Made by a program: the position numbers and the translations under genes. Source: an uncultured delta proteobacterium (GTDB lineage: Bacteria; Desulfobacterota; Desulfomonilia; UBA1062). From it: a stretch of DNA of 64,000 nt. This document shows, piece by piece, positions 21,511 through 34,535 of this stretch. The notes under the pieces were generated by a model. It worked only from the letters and a program-made list of their open reading frames with translations. It had not been told where the DNA came from and did not search any database. Location: NCBI GenBank assembly GCA_963785235.1, contig CAWAUM010000010.1:84365-148364 (forward strand). Reading direction: 5' to 3'. Positions within the stretch are counted from its first letter, which is position 1, and each line of letters opens with the position of its first letter.

Positions 21511-22932
21511 ATGAGAAGTAAATGGCTCTCGATAGGCATCTTTCCCTTGCTGTTTTGCCTCTTTTTATCAGGCGCATGCAGCAAGCACCATACAGGCCAC
21601 AAAGTGTCTGCCGAAGAGGCCTTTTCCGCACATATCATCGCACCAGCGGATAATGTGACCGTTACTGAAGGACAGCCGGTTAACTTTGAAGGGACTGCAG
21701 TCAACGGCACAGGGCCTTACACCTATCAATGGACCTTTGACGGAGGTGCATCGGATTCAATAGAGCAGAACCCCGGATTAGTCACCTTTACTATGCGCGG
21801 GACCTATACGATCACCTTGGTCGTCAAAGATTCAAAAAAAGCCACAGCGAGTGAAACAAGGGTTGTAAGCGTGCGTTCCCCCGGGGCAAAGAATCTGCTC
21901 CTCGTAAGCGCCAGCACGAATCATTCCCTTGCGATCAAACCTGACGGGACACTCTGGTCATGGGGATTTAATTTTCATGGCCAACTCGGTGATGGAACCT
22001 GGACAAATAGAACTTCGCCCATCAAGGTAGGAAACGACCAAGACTGGGTTGCGGTAAGCGCCGGTGATGGTTTCTCGCTTGCGCTCAAGTCGGATGGGAC
22101 ACTCTGGGCATGGGGAAGCAGTGCAGCTATCGGAACTGGATCCTTTGGTGACAGCAATATCCCAATGCAGATCGCTTCCACGACGGACTGGGTTGCCATG
22201 AGTGCGGGAGGCGGCTTTTCGCTGGCTCTCAAGACCGACGGGTCTCTCTGGGCATGGGGAAATAATTCTTCCGGTCAGCTCGGTGATGGATCACAGAAAA
22301 GTGAATGGATCCCAGCACCGATCGGGACCGACAAAAATTGGACTTCCGTGAGTGCAGGTATGGATCACAGTGCCGCGCTCAAATCCGACGGTACACTCTG
22401 GGAATGGGGAAGTAAATATAACCCTCCCGCCGGTTACTACCAATGGTTATACGATACCGTACCGGTTCAGGTAGGAACCGATCCGGATTGGCTTGGGGTG
22501 AGTACCAGCGGGGATCATACGCTTGCCATCAAGTCCGACGGATCCCTCTGGTCATGGGGCAACAATGAATTCGGCCAGCTCGGATACAGTAGCTACATCT
22601 CAAGAGATACCCCCGCCCTGGTTATCACCCCCGGCACATGGGTTGCGGTATGTGCCTCTGCTGACTACAGCCTTGCCGTTAAAAACGATGGAACCCTCTG
22701 GGCATGGGGAAATAACTATTATGGTCAGCTCGGAGATGGAACAAACGTTGACAAAAGAATACCTACCCAGGTGGGGTCCGACAATGACTGGGTGATGGCA
22801 CGATCCTTCTACCACCATACCATAGCCTATAAAACAGACGGTTCCATCTGGACCTGGGGCGCTAATTGGGCAGGCCAGCTCGGGAATGGGTCGTACGCTG
22901 ATATGAATGTCCCCGGGAAGATCAACTTCTGA
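21511..22932 (+). CDS. Lipoprotein with PKD domain and about 7 RCC1-like beta-propeller repeats
   Basis: Lipobox LFLSGC; PKD-like segment (YTYQWTFDGG); repeated xDGTLWxWGxNxxGQLGDG RCC1 signature. Confidence 0.75.
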   Translation: MRSKWLSIGIFPLLFCLFLSGACSKHHTGHKVSAEEAFSAHIIAPADNVTVTEGQPVNFEGTAVNGTGPYTYQWTFDGGASDSIEQNPGLVTFTMRGTYTITLVVKDSKKATASETRVVSVRSPGAKNLLLVSASTNHSLAIKPDGTLWSWGFNFHGQLGDGTWTNRTSPIKVGNDQDWVAVSAGDGFSLALKSDGTLWAWGSSAAIGTGSFGDSNIPMQIASTTDWVAMSAGGGFSLALKTDGSLWAWGNNSSGQLGDGSQKSEWIPAPIGTDKNWTSVSAGMDHSAALKSDGTLWEWGSKYNPPAGYYQWLYDTVPVQVGTDPDWLGVSTSGDHTLAIKSDGSLWSWGNNEFGQLGYSSYISRDTPALVITPGTWVAVCASADYSLAVKNDGTLWAWGNNYYGQLGDGTNVDKRIPTQVGSDNDWVMARSFYHHTIAYKTDGSIWTWGANWAGQLGNGSYADMNVPGKINF

Positions 22933-22936
22933 TTGC

Positions 22937-25900
22937 TTATTGCTGATCTAAAATATCCCTGATCTTCTTGGAGAATTCGGCCATGCTGAATGGTTTCTGG
23001 ATAAAGCCTTTGCATCCGTTTTTCATGATTTCCTTTGCCTGACCATCAAGACTGTAGCCGCTTGAAAGCAGCACCTTTACATCGGGGTTGACGCGGCGCA
23101 GGGTGTCGAAGGTTTCTTTCCCGCCGAAATCGGGCATGATAATGTCAAGGATCACAAGATCAATCTTACCCCGGGCCTGTTCATAAATCAGTAGACCTTG
23201 TCTTCCTCCTGATGCGCTCAACACCTTATAGCCGAGACCTTCGAGCATTTTTGAACCGATATCCAGGATCATCTCTTCATCGTCAATGAGGAGTATCGTC
23301 TCACGACCTCTCATGATCTCGCCATTTGTCTTTTGCTCGCCTGAAACATCTTTATCCGAGGCCGGGAGATAGATCATGAAGGATGTGCCGAGGTCCTTTT
23401 CGCTCTCTACATTAACGAATCCGCCGTGATTCTTGATGATACCATACACAGATGCCAAACCCAGGCCGGTTCCGCGGCCACGCTCCTTGGTGGTGAAAAA
23501 CGGCTCGAAGATCCTTATTTTTACAGACTCGTCCATTCCGATACCTGTATCCGTAACAGTCACCTTTACAAATCTGCCGGGCATGATTTCATAAGGACTC
23601 ACCTCAACCTCATCCAGATTGATATTTTCTACCGAGATGAACAGGTCACCGCCGCCCGGCATGGCCTGCCAGGCATTCACGAACAGATTGAGCATTACCT
23701 GTTCCATCTGCCCCCGGTCCACATCAACGGCCCAGAGTCCCTGGGCGATCTTGTTATGGATCCGGATCTCTTTCTTAGTCCGGCCGAACATCTCGGAACT
23801 CTTCTGAATGAATTCTCCAAGATGGGTAGGTTTAACCTCATACTTTCCCCCCCTCGCAAATCCGAGCAGCTGCTTTGTAAGGTCGGAGCCACGCTGTACA
23901 TATTCCTCAACACTCTTGAGGCGATCAAAGAATGGATGCGACTCATCAAAGTGCATGAGTATGAGGGATACATTGCCCAGGATACCCATGAGCAAATTGT
24001 TGAAGTCATGGGCAATACCGCCTGCAAGCGTTCCCACTGCCTCCATCTTCTGTGCACGGGTCAGCTGCTGCTCAAGGTTCTTCTTCTCGGTCATGTCGAT
24101 GAGAAAGCCCCTCAATCCGGCAGGCTTGTCGTCATGGTAGACACAGGTGGTATGCACCAGTGCAGGGAAGGTTGTCCCGTCCTTTCTCCGGGCCACATAT
24201 TCATTCAGACCAATCTTCTCCCCTCGCATGACCCTCTTATAGTTCTCCATCATCCGTTCATGGTCTTCCGGGGCCACCACATCCAGGACACTTATGCCCT
24301 GGTTCATCTCTTCGGTGGTGAACCCGAACCGTTCGAAGGAACTCTGGTTCACAAAGGTTAAGAAACCTTTTTCATTCGTTTCAAACACCGTCTCGGGCAT
24401 GAGGCTGGCCAGATCACGGAATCGCTCCTCGCTCTCGCGCAAAGCCTTTTCGGCATTCTTCCGGTCAGTGATGTCCATGAGTGAGGCGACACTTACCTTG
24501 CTGCCTGGTATGAGGGCTATGCTCAGAAAGATGTCCCTTGACTCACCTGAACGGTTTAAGAATCTGAATTCATAGGATCTGGGGACGGATTCGATCCCCT
24601 CCCGGCGCTCTTCATGGTAACGCTTCATCCTCTCCAGGTCTTCAGGAGAAACGAACGTAGTCCAGCTCATCTTGCCCTCGACCTCTTGGCGCAAGTAGCC
24701 CGAGAGCTTTTCGAAATTGGAGTTTACCAGCAGGACCGTCCTGTCCTCCCCGAGCAGCATTGAGGCATTCCCAGTGTTCTCAAAGATGGTGCGGTACTGC
24801 TCCTCGCTATCCCTGATTGCCTCCTCGATCTGTTTCCTCTCGGTGATGTCGGTCTGCGTCCCGATGATGCGGGCAGGGTTGCCGTCTTCAGACCATTGGA
24901 AGACCTTGCCCCGGTCAAGGACCCACTTGTAACTCCCGTCCTTGCATTTCACCCGGTGCTCACTGGTATAGACCGGCAGCTCTCCGCGCAGATGACGCTC
25001 CAGAATATTGTCCGACTGCTGCCTGTCCTCGGGATGGATCAACCTCGACCAGGCCTTAGGACTGTCGTCGATTTCGTTGTCCGTGTAACCGAGCATCTCC
25101 TTCCAGCGTCTGGAACGGTACACCTTTTTATTTATCAGATCATAGTCCCATACACCATCGCCTGCACCCTCCAGGGCGAATTGCCACCTCGCTTCGCTCT
25201 CCCGGAGTGCCTTCTCGGACCGGTTGCGCTCCGTAATGTCAATCATGGATGATACACTCTCTTTTGTGCCCGGGATCAAGGCGACACTCATGAAAAGATC
25301 CCTTATCTCTCCTTTGCGGTCCTTAAAACGGAACTCATAGGAGTTCGCTGCCGAGCCCGGATCATTGCGGCGCATCACGTGGTATCTCTTCATCCTCTCC
25401 AGGTCTTCGGCCACAACGAAACCGGTCCAGCTCATCTTACCTTCCAGTTCTTCTCCCGAGTATCCCGACATCTTCTCAAAATTTGAGTTGGCAAGGAGGA
25501 TCGTGGTATCTTCGGCTATGATGATGTTCGCCGTTGCAGTGCTCTCGAAGGTTGTCCGGTAGAGCTCTTCGCTTTTCCGTATGACCTCATCGGCCTTCCT
25601 GCGCTCTGTGATGTCCCGGGTGATACCCAGAATACCCGTGGGATTACCGGCTTCATCATACAGGATATTAATCTTCACCTCTGTCCATACCGTGGATCCA
25701 TCTTTGCGGATCATCTCGAGTTCGATGTTTTTCGTCCACGCTTTGCCGTGCATCTGCCCGCCGAGTTCCAGCAAACGTTCCCGAGCAAAGAGATCGGCTA
25801 TTCTCTGGTAGGATTCGGGCGTGAGGGATTGATCTATGGAATGCTTCATGACTTCTTCAGGGGTATATCCCCTGAGCTCCATAACAGAAGGGCTCACATA

Positions 25901-28720
25901 GACATAGTGCAAGTCGGTGTCGAGAACCCAGATAACATCCCGCAGGTTCTCGGCGAGCAGCCGGTAACGGCTCTCGCTCTCCTTGAGGGCCTGCTCGGCC
26001 TGGATCCTTTCCGTGATGTCTCTCCCTACGCCCCTGAACCCGGCAGGCTCACCCGATGTGTCTCGAATCAGCGATACTGACATCTCGATGACCCTTTTTG
26101 ATCCATCCTTCCTGATGAGCTCATGATCGACCAGGGTTTTTGGTTTGCCTATTCTATAAACATCGTTGAAGACCTGGAATAACTTCGTTGAGGTCTCTGA
26201 AGTGGAAATGGACCTGTAGTTCATACCGCAGAGTTCTTCACGGGTATAGCCGAGAACTTTGCTTAAGGAATCATTGAAAAAGGTGAAGTTGCCACTGAGG
26301 TCTGATTCGAGGTATGCCTCTTCCATGCTCTCGAGGATAGATCGGTACTTCTCCTCACTTACACGCAGCGCATCCTCAGCCTGTTTACGGCTGGTGATAT
26401 CCCTTACAACGCCACTGAACCCGATCGGTGCTCCATTGGCATCCCGCCTCAAGGATACAGAAGCGTCGACGTAAATCTTGTGGCCATTCTTTTCATTTAA
26501 TTCCCATTCGACGCTGCTGATAGGCTCCCCATCGAGAAAGACCTTATGGAATGCATTGAAAACCTTCTTGGTATTCTTATCATCGATATACTGGCGATAG
26601 TTAACCCCCATGAGCTCATCATGTGCATAGCCAAGCCGTTGTGCAGGCCTGGGATTGAAAAAAGTGAAGTTGCCCTTGAGGTCCACCTCATAGTATGCCT
26701 CTTCCATGTTGTCGAGGATGCTTCGATAACGCTCCTCGCTTTCCCGAAGGGCCTTCTCGGACCGTTTGCGCACGGTAACATCACGCACCAGCGTATTGAA
26801 CCCTATGGGCTGCCCCGATGCATCTCTCATGAGCCAGACAGACAACTCATTGTCATGAAGAGAGCCGTCCTTGTGGTTGACCTGGTAGTCCACCAGCAAC
26901 TCGGGTTTCCCTGTCTTGAAAACCCTGTTAAAGGACTCGAACATGAGCTTGGCTGTTTCAGGCGGGGCGTATGTGCGATAATTCATCCCGAGCAGTTCTT
27001 CCGGGCTGTATCCGGACATCCTGACGGCTGCATTGTTGAAGAAGGTGAAGTTACCGGCAAAATCCACCTCGAAATATGATTCCTCCATGCTTTCCAGGAT
27101 TCTTCTGTACTTGTCCTCGCTGATACGCAAGGCCTCCTCGGCCTGTTTGCGCTCGGTGATATCGATATGATTGGAAATACTTTCATTGGTCCCGGGTATG
27201 AGGGTAACCAGGGCAAGGATATCCCTGACCTCTCCTGTCCGGGTGATAAACCTGAACTCGTAAGATTCCGGCGCAGAGCCCGGCTTTTCCCGTCGCATTC
27301 TGTGATAGTTTTTCAGCCGTTCAAGGTCATCCTCGGAAATAAAGGATTCCCAGGTCATCTTGCCCTCGATCTCGTGGCGGGAGTAGCCCGAAAGCCCTTC
27401 GAAATTGGAGTTCGCAAGCAGGATTGTCTTGTCCTCTCCTATGATGATGGCGGCGTTGCCCGTATTCTCGAATATGGCCCGGTAGCGCCCCTCACTCTTT
27501 TTCAGGGCATCTTCAACCATTTTCCGCTCGGTCACATCCCTTTCCACGCCGCGAAAACCCTTTGGCTGCCCTGAAGGGTCCAGCAAGAGAGCGGCAGTCA
27601 TCTCATGAACCCGGACAGACCCATCCTTTTGAATTACTTCATAATCAACCGTATATTCAGGGTTTCTGGTTTTATAAATCCGGCTGTATACTTCAAGCAT
27701 CTGTTTTGCCGTCTCAGGGGTCATGTACTTGCGGTAATTCAATCCATGGATTTCATCCTGAGAATATCCCAGTCCTCTGCAGCTGGCCTCGTTATTGAAC
27801 GTGAAGTTGCCCTTGAGATCGAGTTCGAAATACCCTTCTTCGATATTTTCAAGGATTCCCCTGTACCTTTCTTCACTCAGGCGCAAAGCCTCTTCCGCCT
27901 GTCTACGATCATTGATATCCATGCATGACGCCACACTCTCGTTGGTGCCGGGTATCATGGCTATGGTCAGGAAGATGTAACGGAGTTCTCCGTAGCGATT
28001 CTTAAAACGGAACTCATAAGAACCAGGTGCCGATTCAGGGTTTTCCCTGCGCTGTGCATGGTAGCGCCTCATCTTCTCAATGTCTTCATCTGCGATGAAG
28101 ACAGTCCAGCTCATCTTTCCTTCCAGCTCTTCCTTGGAATATCCCGAGAGCCTTTCAAAATTCGAGTTCGCAAGGAGGATCGTTGTATCTTCTCCGATAC
28201 AGATGGATGCGTTACCCGTATTCTCGAAGATGGTGCGATAGCGCTCTGAGCTTTTTTTCAACTGTTCCTGGGCTTTCTTCCATGCAGTTATGTCACGGGC
28301 GATTCCCTGGATGGCATAGGGCTCTCCTGAACGATAAATGACAGAGGCCCTTGACTCCAGCCAGACAAAACTCCCGTCTTTGTGTCTGACCATATATTCT
28401 TCGGATTCCCTCTGTGTCCCTGTCTCCTTCAATTCCTGTATGGTTCTGAACACCTTGGGGATCTGCTCGTCTGCAAGAAGCGTAGTCAATGTGATATTTT
28501 TCAGCTCTTCTCTGGAGTATCCGAGCAGATTGAACCCGGCATTACTGGCATCAAGAAACCTGCCTTCAAAGTCGAGGATATAGACCACGTCAAAAGATCG
28601 CTCAAACAGGGCCTTGTAGCGCTCTTCACTCTCCCTGGCAGCCTCTATTGCCAGGCTGTGTTCCTGCTCAAGGTCCTTGAGCCTCTTTTCCAAGTCCTCA
28701 TAGCTGGGTTTCTCAAACAT
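22937..28720 (-). CDS. Cytoplasmic hybrid sensor histidine kinase with about 14 PAS/PAC domains, HisKA, HATPase_c and a C-terminal REC domain
   Basis: 1927 aa with no predicted TM. HisKA H-box AHDFNNLL, then a G-box/ATPase, then a receiver (LLIDDEEM...[10 protein letters not shown]). Ribosome-binding site GGGAGGAG. Confidence 0.9.
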   Translation of the reverse strand: MFEKPSYEDLEKRLKDLEQEHSLAIEAARESEERYKALFERSFDVVYILDFEGRFLDASNAGFNLLGYSREELKNITLTTLLADEQIPKVFRTIQELKETGTQRESEEYMVRHKDGSFVWLESRASVIYRSGEPYAIQGIARDITAWKKAQEQLKKSSERYRTIFENTGNASICIGEDTTILLANSNFERLSGYSKEELEGKMSWTVFIADEDIEKMRRYHAQRRENPESAPGSYEFRFKNRYGELRYIFLTIAMIPGTNESVASCMDINDRRQAEEALRLSEERYRGILENIEEGYFELDLKGNFTFNNEASCRGLGYSQDEIHGLNYRKYMTPETAKQMLEVYSRIYKTRNPEYTVDYEVIQKDGSVRVHEMTAALLLDPSGQPKGFRGVERDVTERKMVEDALKKSEGRYRAIFENTGNAAIIIGEDKTILLANSNFEGLSGYSRHEIEGKMTWESFISEDDLERLKNYHRMRREKPGSAPESYEFRFITRTGEVRDILALVTLIPGTNESISNHIDITERKQAEEALRISEDKYRRILESMEESYFEVDFAGNFTFFNNAAVRMSGYSPEELLGMNYRTYAPPETAKLMFESFNRVFKTGKPELLVDYQVNHKDGSLHDNELSVWLMRDASGQPIGFNTLVRDVTVRKRSEKALRESEERYRSILDNMEEAYYEVDLKGNFTFFNPRPAQRLGYAHDELMGVNYRQYIDDKNTKKVFNAFHKVFLDGEPISSVEWELNEKNGHKIYVDASVSLRRDANGAPIGFSGVVRDITSRKQAEDALRVSEEKYRSILESMEEAYLESDLSGNFTFFNDSLSKVLGYTREELCGMNYRSISTSETSTKLFQVFNDVYRIGKPKTLVDHELIRKDGSKRVIEMSVSLIRDTSGEPAGFRGVGRDITERIQAEQALKESESRYRLLAENLRDVIWVLDTDLHYVYVSPSVMELRGYTPEEVMKHSIDQSLTPESYQRIADLFARERLLELGGQMHGKAWTKNIELEMIRKDGSTVWTEVKINILYDEAGNPTGILGITRDITERRKADEVIRKSEELYRTTFESTATANIIIAEDTTILLANSNFEKMSGYSGEELEGKMSWTGFVVAEDLERMKRYHVMRRNDPGSAANSYEFRFKDRKGEIRDLFMSVALIPGTKESVSSMIDITERNRSEKALRESEARWQFALEGAGDGVWDYDLINKKVYRSRRWKEMLGYTDNEIDDSPKAWSRLIHPEDRQQSDNILERHLRGELPVYTSEHRVKCKDGSYKWVLDRGKVFQWSEDGNPARIIGTQTDITERKQIEEAIRDSEEQYRTIFENTGNASMLLGEDRTVLLVNSNFEKLSGYLRQEVEGKMSWTTFVSPEDLERMKRYHEERREGIESVPRSYEFRFLNRSGESRDIFLSIALIPGSKVSVASLMDITDRKNAEKALRESEERFRDLASLMPETVFETNEKGFLTFVNQSSFERFGFTTEEMNQGISVLDVVAPEDHERMMENYKRVMRGEKIGLNEYVARRKDGTTFPALVHTTCVYHDDKPAGLRGFLIDMTEKKNLEQQLTRAQKMEAVGTLAGGIAHDFNNLLMGILGNVSLILMHFDESHPFFDRLKSVEEYVQRGSDLTKQLLGFARGGKYEVKPTHLGEFIQKSSEMFGRTKKEIRIHNKIAQGLWAVDVDRGQMEQVMLNLFVNAWQAMPGGGDLFISVENINLDEVEVSPYEIMPGRFVKVTVTDTGIGMDESVKIRIFEPFFTTKERGRGTGLGLASVYGIIKNHGGFVNVESEKDLGTSFMIYLPASDKDVSGEQKTNGEIMRGRETILLIDDEEMILDIGSKMLEGLGYKVLSASGGRQGLLIYEQARGKIDLVILDIIMPDFGGKETFDTLRRVNPDVKVLLSSGYSLDGQAKEIMKNGCKGFIQKPFSMAEFSKKIRDILDQQ

Positions 28721-28898
28721 CAGCTTCTCCTCCCGGAGGATAGAGCGGCATCTTTTCCTGTGCCTTGTTACGCAAGATATACGGGTATCTCATGCAGATA
28801 CTTTATCGGCATTCTACCCTGGGGAAACTTAGCGTCACATGATGATTTTGCGATATTATTATTCCGGATGTTGCATGTAAGCGGTGTAAAAACCTGAT

Positions 28899-28981
28899 CC
28901 GTTAAAAACCTCAATCTTGCAGCCTTTGTGGAACGCTGATTATATCGGACTTTCATGGCTGCAAGATTGAGGTTTTTAACG
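28899..28981. repeat. Perfect 26-bp inverted repeat with a 31-nt spacer in the recD-HK intergenic region
   Basis: ccgttaaaaacctcaatcttgcagcc ... ggctgcaagattgaggtttttaacgg. Confidence 0.6.
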
Positions 28982-29119
28982 GACCTATAAAAAACAATTT
29001 CACGGCACCAATTTCACGGACTATGAGTTTTATGCTTAAGGCCTCCGTACTCTGATAGAGCATGTAAGCTTGCATCAAACGCAGAGTCCGGGGTTTTTTA
29101 AGGGCAGCTTATGGTAAAA

Positions 29120-30958
29120 TCATTTATTCCACAGGAGACTGTTTAGTCCCGAACTGCGCTGGGTTCGCCTGGCGATCGAAGAAGAGAAGATGTCTTCGAG
29201 GGCCCAGATCTCGATAGCGTCCCTGGCCCTGGTTATGCCCGTATAGACGAGCTCCCTGGTGAGCACAGGAGAGTCGCGCTCCGGTAGTATGAGCAGAACC
29301 CGGTCGAACTCGGACCCCTGGCTCTTGTGGATTGTCATGGCAAAGGCCGTTTCGTGTGCGGGCAGCCTTAAGGGCGAAATCTTCCTGACAGACCCGTCTT
29401 TGTCCATAAAGCAGGCGCGCAGGTCATCCCCCTCGCTCACGATGAGCCCGATGTCGCCGTTCATGAGCCTCAGGGTATAGTCGTTTTCCGTGACAAGCAC
29501 GGGCCTGCCGTGGTAGTGCAGCCTGCCGGGTTCAATGAGGCCCGCGCCCTGCAGGATCTCTTCCACCTTGCGGTTCAGGGCCGCTACACCATAAGGACCC
29601 TCGCGGACAGGGCTCAGGATGCGCAACGTATCGAAGAGGCGGAAGCGTTCATAAATATCCTCTGAGGCGAGAAAACCTCCATACCCCCTGGTAACAATCT
29701 CTTTCAGCGCCCTGTTCAATTCTCCCGGTAAAGGCAGGTCCTGCCAGCAAAGCTCTGCTCTGTGGTCTGAGTGGAGGATCTCAAGGGACCGGCCGATATC
29801 TCCCGAATTGACTGCCTCGCCCAGGGCGAAGATGGCGCTGTCTTTACTGAAACGGAAGGTCCGGGTGAGTTCCACAAGCGAATCCTGCATGCCGCCTTCG
29901 CCGCCTGAGGGCACCGTGCACCCTGCTGTCCTTTTCACAAGTCCGGCAAAGTCAGGCGAATAGGCATGGGAGGCGCCCACATCGCAGATATCCCCGAGCA
30001 CGTAGCCTGCCTGAACGGAAGCGAGCTGGTTCTTGTCGCCAAGCAGGATAAGGCGGGCCGTGTCCTTGAGGGCACGGACCAGGTTTGACATGAGGGCCAG
30101 GTCTGCCATTGACGCCTCGTCTATGGCGATAACATCGGCACTCAACGGATTTGCTGCGCCGTGCCTCGGCTGAGTTGACCCGGGAGAGAAGCCCAGGAGC
30201 CTGTGGATGGTGGTGGCCTCGCACGGGATCATGGCCTTTACCTCAGGTGCGCAGTCCATGAGTTCAAGACTGCGCCGGATGGACTCTTCGATCCTCCGGG
30301 CCGCCTTGCCGGTGGGGGCCGCCAGGGCGATCTTCAGGTGAGGCTCCTGCTCAAGGAGCAGGGCCATTATCCTGCAGACAAGCGTGGTCTTGCCCGTGCC
30401 CGGCCCGCCCGTGATCACGCATAGACCTCTTGAAACGGCAGCCGCAGCCGCGGCTTTGTGCAGGTCATGCCCGTCGGTCCCGTCCGGGGGAAACATTCGC
30501 GAGAGGCCCCTGGTGAATAGGGTCTCGTCAAAAGGCATGACCCGTGCGTTCAAACGCAGCAGAACCTCGGCCAATCTCCGCTCGTTCTCACAGGAGCGGT
30601 GGAGATAAAGCCTGCCCGCCTCGTCAAGGATGAGGGGGCGGTAATCGCCCGGGCCGCCCACGACCGTACAGGTCTTCAGGGCAGATATCCAGGCCTCAGG
30701 TGAAGGCAGTTCCAGTACAGCGGCCCCGAACTCTTTGCCCATCAGCCCTGCCCTGATATCGTTCAGATTCAGGCAGGTGTGCCCTTCCCTGCTGAGCCTG
30801 CTCACAAGGGCGGCAGCAAGGATGAGCTCCTTGCTGCCGGATTCTGAGAGCTGCACCATGAACCGGGCGAAATGCATATCAATGGGCTCGAAATAATCTT
30901 CTGCTGGCATCAGACCCTGTTCAACACTTTTCCTGGAATCAACGGCATCATGCGCCAT
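29120..30958 (-). CDS. recD: Exodeoxyribonuclease V alpha subunit RecD (intact)
   Basis: SF1 helicase motifs GGPGTGKTT...; 612 aa; terminal gene of a recC-recB-recD arrangement. Confidence 0.85.
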   Translation of the reverse strand: MAHDAVDSRKSVEQGLMPAEDYFEPIDMHFARFMVQLSESGSKELILAAALVSRLSREGHTCLNLNDIRAGLMGKEFGAAVLELPSPEAWISALKTCTVVGGPGDYRPLILDEAGRLYLHRSCENERRLAEVLLRLNARVMPFDETLFTRGLSRMFPPDGTDGHDLHKAAAAAAVSRGLCVITGGPGTGKTTLVCRIMALLLEQEPHLKIALAAPTGKAARRIEESIRRSLELMDCAPEVKAMIPCEATTIHRLLGFSPGSTQPRHGAANPLSADVIAIDEASMADLALMSNLVRALKDTARLILLGDKNQLASVQAGYVLGDICDVGASHAYSPDFAGLVKRTAGCTVPSGGEGGMQDSLVELTRTFRFSKDSAIFALGEAVNSGDIGRSLEILHSDHRAELCWQDLPLPGELNRALKEIVTRGYGGFLASEDIYERFRLFDTLRILSPVREGPYGVAALNRKVEEILQGAGLIEPGRLHYHGRPVLVTENDYTLRLMNGDIGLIVSEGDDLRACFMDKDGSVRKISPLRLPAHETAFAMTIHKSQGSEFDRVLLILPERDSPVLTRELVYTGITRARDAIEIWALEDIFSSSIARRTQRSSGLNSLLWNK

Positions 30959-30972
30959 TCGTTTTTTACCCT

Positions 30973-33900
30973 CTACTTGTCCTTGTTCATCAGCACTTCG
31001 CTCAACTTTACCAGGTTCTCTTCATCCGGACGGGCGCGGAAGATGCCGTACTCCGGCCCCCTGCCAGGATCAACACCCCGCAGGTACACGTAGAAGACCC
31101 CTCCGAAGTGCTCGTCATAGTTATATCCCTGCAGCCGCTGTTTCAGGTATTGATCCAGCGCCACGCAGTAGAGGTGATACTGGAGGATGTAGTTGTCCCT
31201 GATCATGGATTTCAGGAGTGCATCCTGGCTGTAGTCCTCCACTGTGTCACCCAGATGGTTGGACTTCCAGTCGATGAGATAGTACTTCCCCTCGTGCATG
31301 AAGACCAGGTCCATGAAGCCCCGAAGGAAACCTTTAACCGGTTCAAAGGTGAAGCGGGGGGTATTTGCCGGCATCCAGAGCCCCCTCTCCCTGTCCCTCT
31401 CCCGCAAGGGGAGAGGGGACCTTCATTGAGGGCATGCAGTGAGTAATGGCTTGCTCCAGGATACCGGGTGTGAGCTGATTCAAAGGGAACAGGAACTCCA
31501 GCTCGGTGAGCCGTTCTGCCTTAGTAACCAGGTTGAGACTTGTCACCCCCAGGTCGACGGTGAGAACCTACGCACCATACCGGTCACGGTCCCGGCCCAG
31601 GTCCTTTCGAAACCATGGCTGTGCGAGCATTTCCTCCACCACGGCCCGGATCGCTTCATTGTCCGCAGTGAATTCGATCTTCTCGAAGACCTCGTGAAGA
31701 AGCGTGCCTGCCCGGGCCCCTTTGGGGAAGGAGAAGATGTCTTTAACCCTCTCCCCTTTTTCTCCTGACCCATTTTTCATACCCTGCCACAGGGTGTCCC
31801 GGTCAGCTGCTTCACTGCCTTTGTGCAGGCCGTGGATGAACGCGGTGTAGCTGGCGATTCCCCAGGTGCGGTCAATGGCTCCTGGGAAGACCCGTGCTGC
31901 AGGTTCTTCCGAAGATAAGGCAGGCCGCGCCGCAGGTTCGGGCCGGCCATGGGGGATGTCCAGGACCCGGGCATGACCCGTTCTTGCGCCAAGGAATTCC
32001 TCCAGGCTACGCCGCAGGTCTGCTGCATCCGCGCCCTTCATGAGATGGGCCATGGCCGATCTCTCGGCCCCCTTCACCCTGCCCCAGGCCACATAGCACC
32101 GGTTCTTTGCCCGGGTGAGAGCCACATAGAAGAGCCTCACGTTCTCGGCCAGGGTCTCTTCCAGGGCCTTCCCCCGATGGCTTTCCTGCTCTGGTGAGCC
32201 CATGTCCAGCACAGCAGTATGGGCATCATCGTGGAACAGCACCCCCTCCCCCTTGTCCGGCTTTGCAGCGCCCCAGGCAAAGGGGCAGAACACCACCGGG
32301 AATTCGAGGCCCTTGCTCTTGTGCACGGTCATGACCCTAACCGCGTCGTCGTCGCTCTCGAGCCTGAGCTGGTACTCGTCGCTGCCGGGCATGCCCGGGT
32401 CCCTGCGCTCGGCAAGCCATTTCCTCAGGCCCTGCATGCCCAGCTTCTCAGGCCGCCTCCGCCTTGCCCAGGAGCTCGGCGATGTGGAGAATATTGGTGA
32501 GCGCCCGCTCGCCCGCAGACCATGCTCAGCAGGCGCGAGCGCACCCCCTGGCCGTCCAGGAGCCTCTTGATCATGGGCGTGAAGCCGGAGCGGGCCCAGA
32601 GCTCGTGCCAGTCCCGGAACTGCTCGATCCAGTTCTCCCATGCCGCTTCGTCAATACTGAGCGCATCCACGGCCGCAGGGTTCAGGGCAAAGATGCGGGT
32701 CATGAGTGCGGTGCGCACGAGCCCCTCGCGATACGGCTCGGCCAGGGCTGCAAGGAGCACCTCCATCTCGAAGGCCTCGCTCGAGAGAAACACGTTCTCG
32801 TCGCTGTAGAGCACGCAAGGGATGCCTGCTGCGTGCAGGCTGTCGCGGACCATGCGCGCCTGGGTGTTGGTGCGTACGAGCACAGCCATGTCCGAGGGCT
32901 TGAGTCCATCGTTACCGAGCTTCACAGCGCCATTGCTTGAGAGGTTCAGGAGCCGGGAGATCTCGAAAGCTACGGCCCTGCACACGGCCCTGCCCGCCTG
33001 CTCCACCGTGAGCTCGCGTGCCTCGCCTGCGTCCAGGTACCAGACCTGCAGCGGCCCTTCATCGAGCCCGGTGAGCGTCTTCCGGTCGGTCTTTGGCGCG
33101 GGCTCGGCCGCATCGAAGCGGATCCAGTCGAAGACAAAGGGATACTCCGCCTGTGCGAACACCGCGTTCACCGCTTCTATCAGGCCGGGATCGCTCCGCC
33201 AGTTGTGGATCAGGGTGTGCTTGTGTGCCTCAACCACGCTGTGGGCGGCCCGGGCATAGGTGAACACGTCCGCGCCCCGGAAGCTGTAGACGGCCTGCTT
33301 GGGGTCGCCGATGAAGAACAGGCATGATCCGGCAAAACACCGCGTGAAGATCTCGTACTGCAAGGGGTCCGTGTCCTGGAACTCGTCGATCAGGGCCGCC
33401 TTGAACCTTCCCGCTACCGCTCCGGCCAGCGCGCCACCACCCCGGGACCGCAGGGCCTGGTGCATCCTCAGGAGCAGGTCGTCGTAGTGCACGAGCCCCA
33501 GCTTCTCCTTGCGCCGCGCCAGCGCCGTATCCAGGATATGCGAAGAACTCGACCTTCAGCGAGGTGATCTCGTCCTCAAAGGCAGCGCTCAATGTATCGC
33601 CTGCCTCCTGCAAAGCCCCGCACAGGGCAAAGACCGGGTGTTCCGGCATGGTGGCGCCCTTTTTCGTGGCCTTCTTAATGGCGGTCGGCGTGAACTTTGC
33701 CAGGCACGAGGCCGCGGGCAGCGCCACGCACCCCATGGCCAGGTAGCGCTCCATGTCCGCCAGGTATCCCGGGACTTTTGGTGACCTTGTGGGTGCTCTG
33801 GTTGATGGTGTCCGTATCGCACATGAGCCGCTCCACCTCGCCCAGCGCGGTAGGCCATGCTGCGGCAAGTGCGGCAAAGGCCTGCCGGTACTCAGCCAGC

Positions 33901-34535
33901 AGCGGATCCAGCGCACCCTGACCGTCGGGTCCATCACGTGTGGGAATGATCTGTGATGCCAGGTTCCTCTGGCGCGCCAGGCCCATGAACCATTCCGGGC
34001 TCACCTTGCGGCCGCGGCAAAAGGCGATGAACTCAGGCACGGCCGCTGCCGTGATGCGCATGCGGTAGAAGTCGTCCGCCACACAGGCAATCATGTCTGC
34101 CTGGTCCGTGACCAGCTCGGTCTCGAAGGGGCTGAGCGTCTCGAAGGCCAGTTCCTTGAGCATGCGCTGGCAGAAGCCGTGGATGGTGGAGATGGCGGTC
34201 TCGTCGAACCTTGCCAGGGCGTCGTCCAGGATGCCGAGCGCCTGTGCCCGGTTTTCCACCTTCTCCAGGAGCCAGGCTATGAAGGGATCGTCGGAGGCAC
34301 CGCGCGCAAACGCATCACGGGCCTGGCGCACCTTGTCCCTGATGCGGGTCTTGAGCTCGTCGGTGGCCGGGACGGTGTAGGTGACCACGAGGATCGACTC
34401 CACGGGCATGTGCTGCTCCAGGAGGAGCCGCAGGAAGAGCGATGCAATGGTGTAGGTCTTGCCCGTGCCCGCGCTCGCCTCGATGAGGTGCGTGCCGGAA
34501 AGGCCTAAGCCGGTGAGGTCCAGGGGCTCTACCAT
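30973..34535 (-). pseudogene. recB: RecB (exonuclease V beta subunit) broken into at least 5 frame fragments
   Basis: N-terminal UvrD-like fragment 33675..34535 (SAGTGKTYT), middle fragments 33230..33937, 32425..33492 and 31568..32641 (VMTVHKSKGLEFP), C-terminal PD-(D/E)xK nuclease fragment 30973..31407 (LIDWKSN...Y). All collinear in different frames. Confidence 0.8.
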
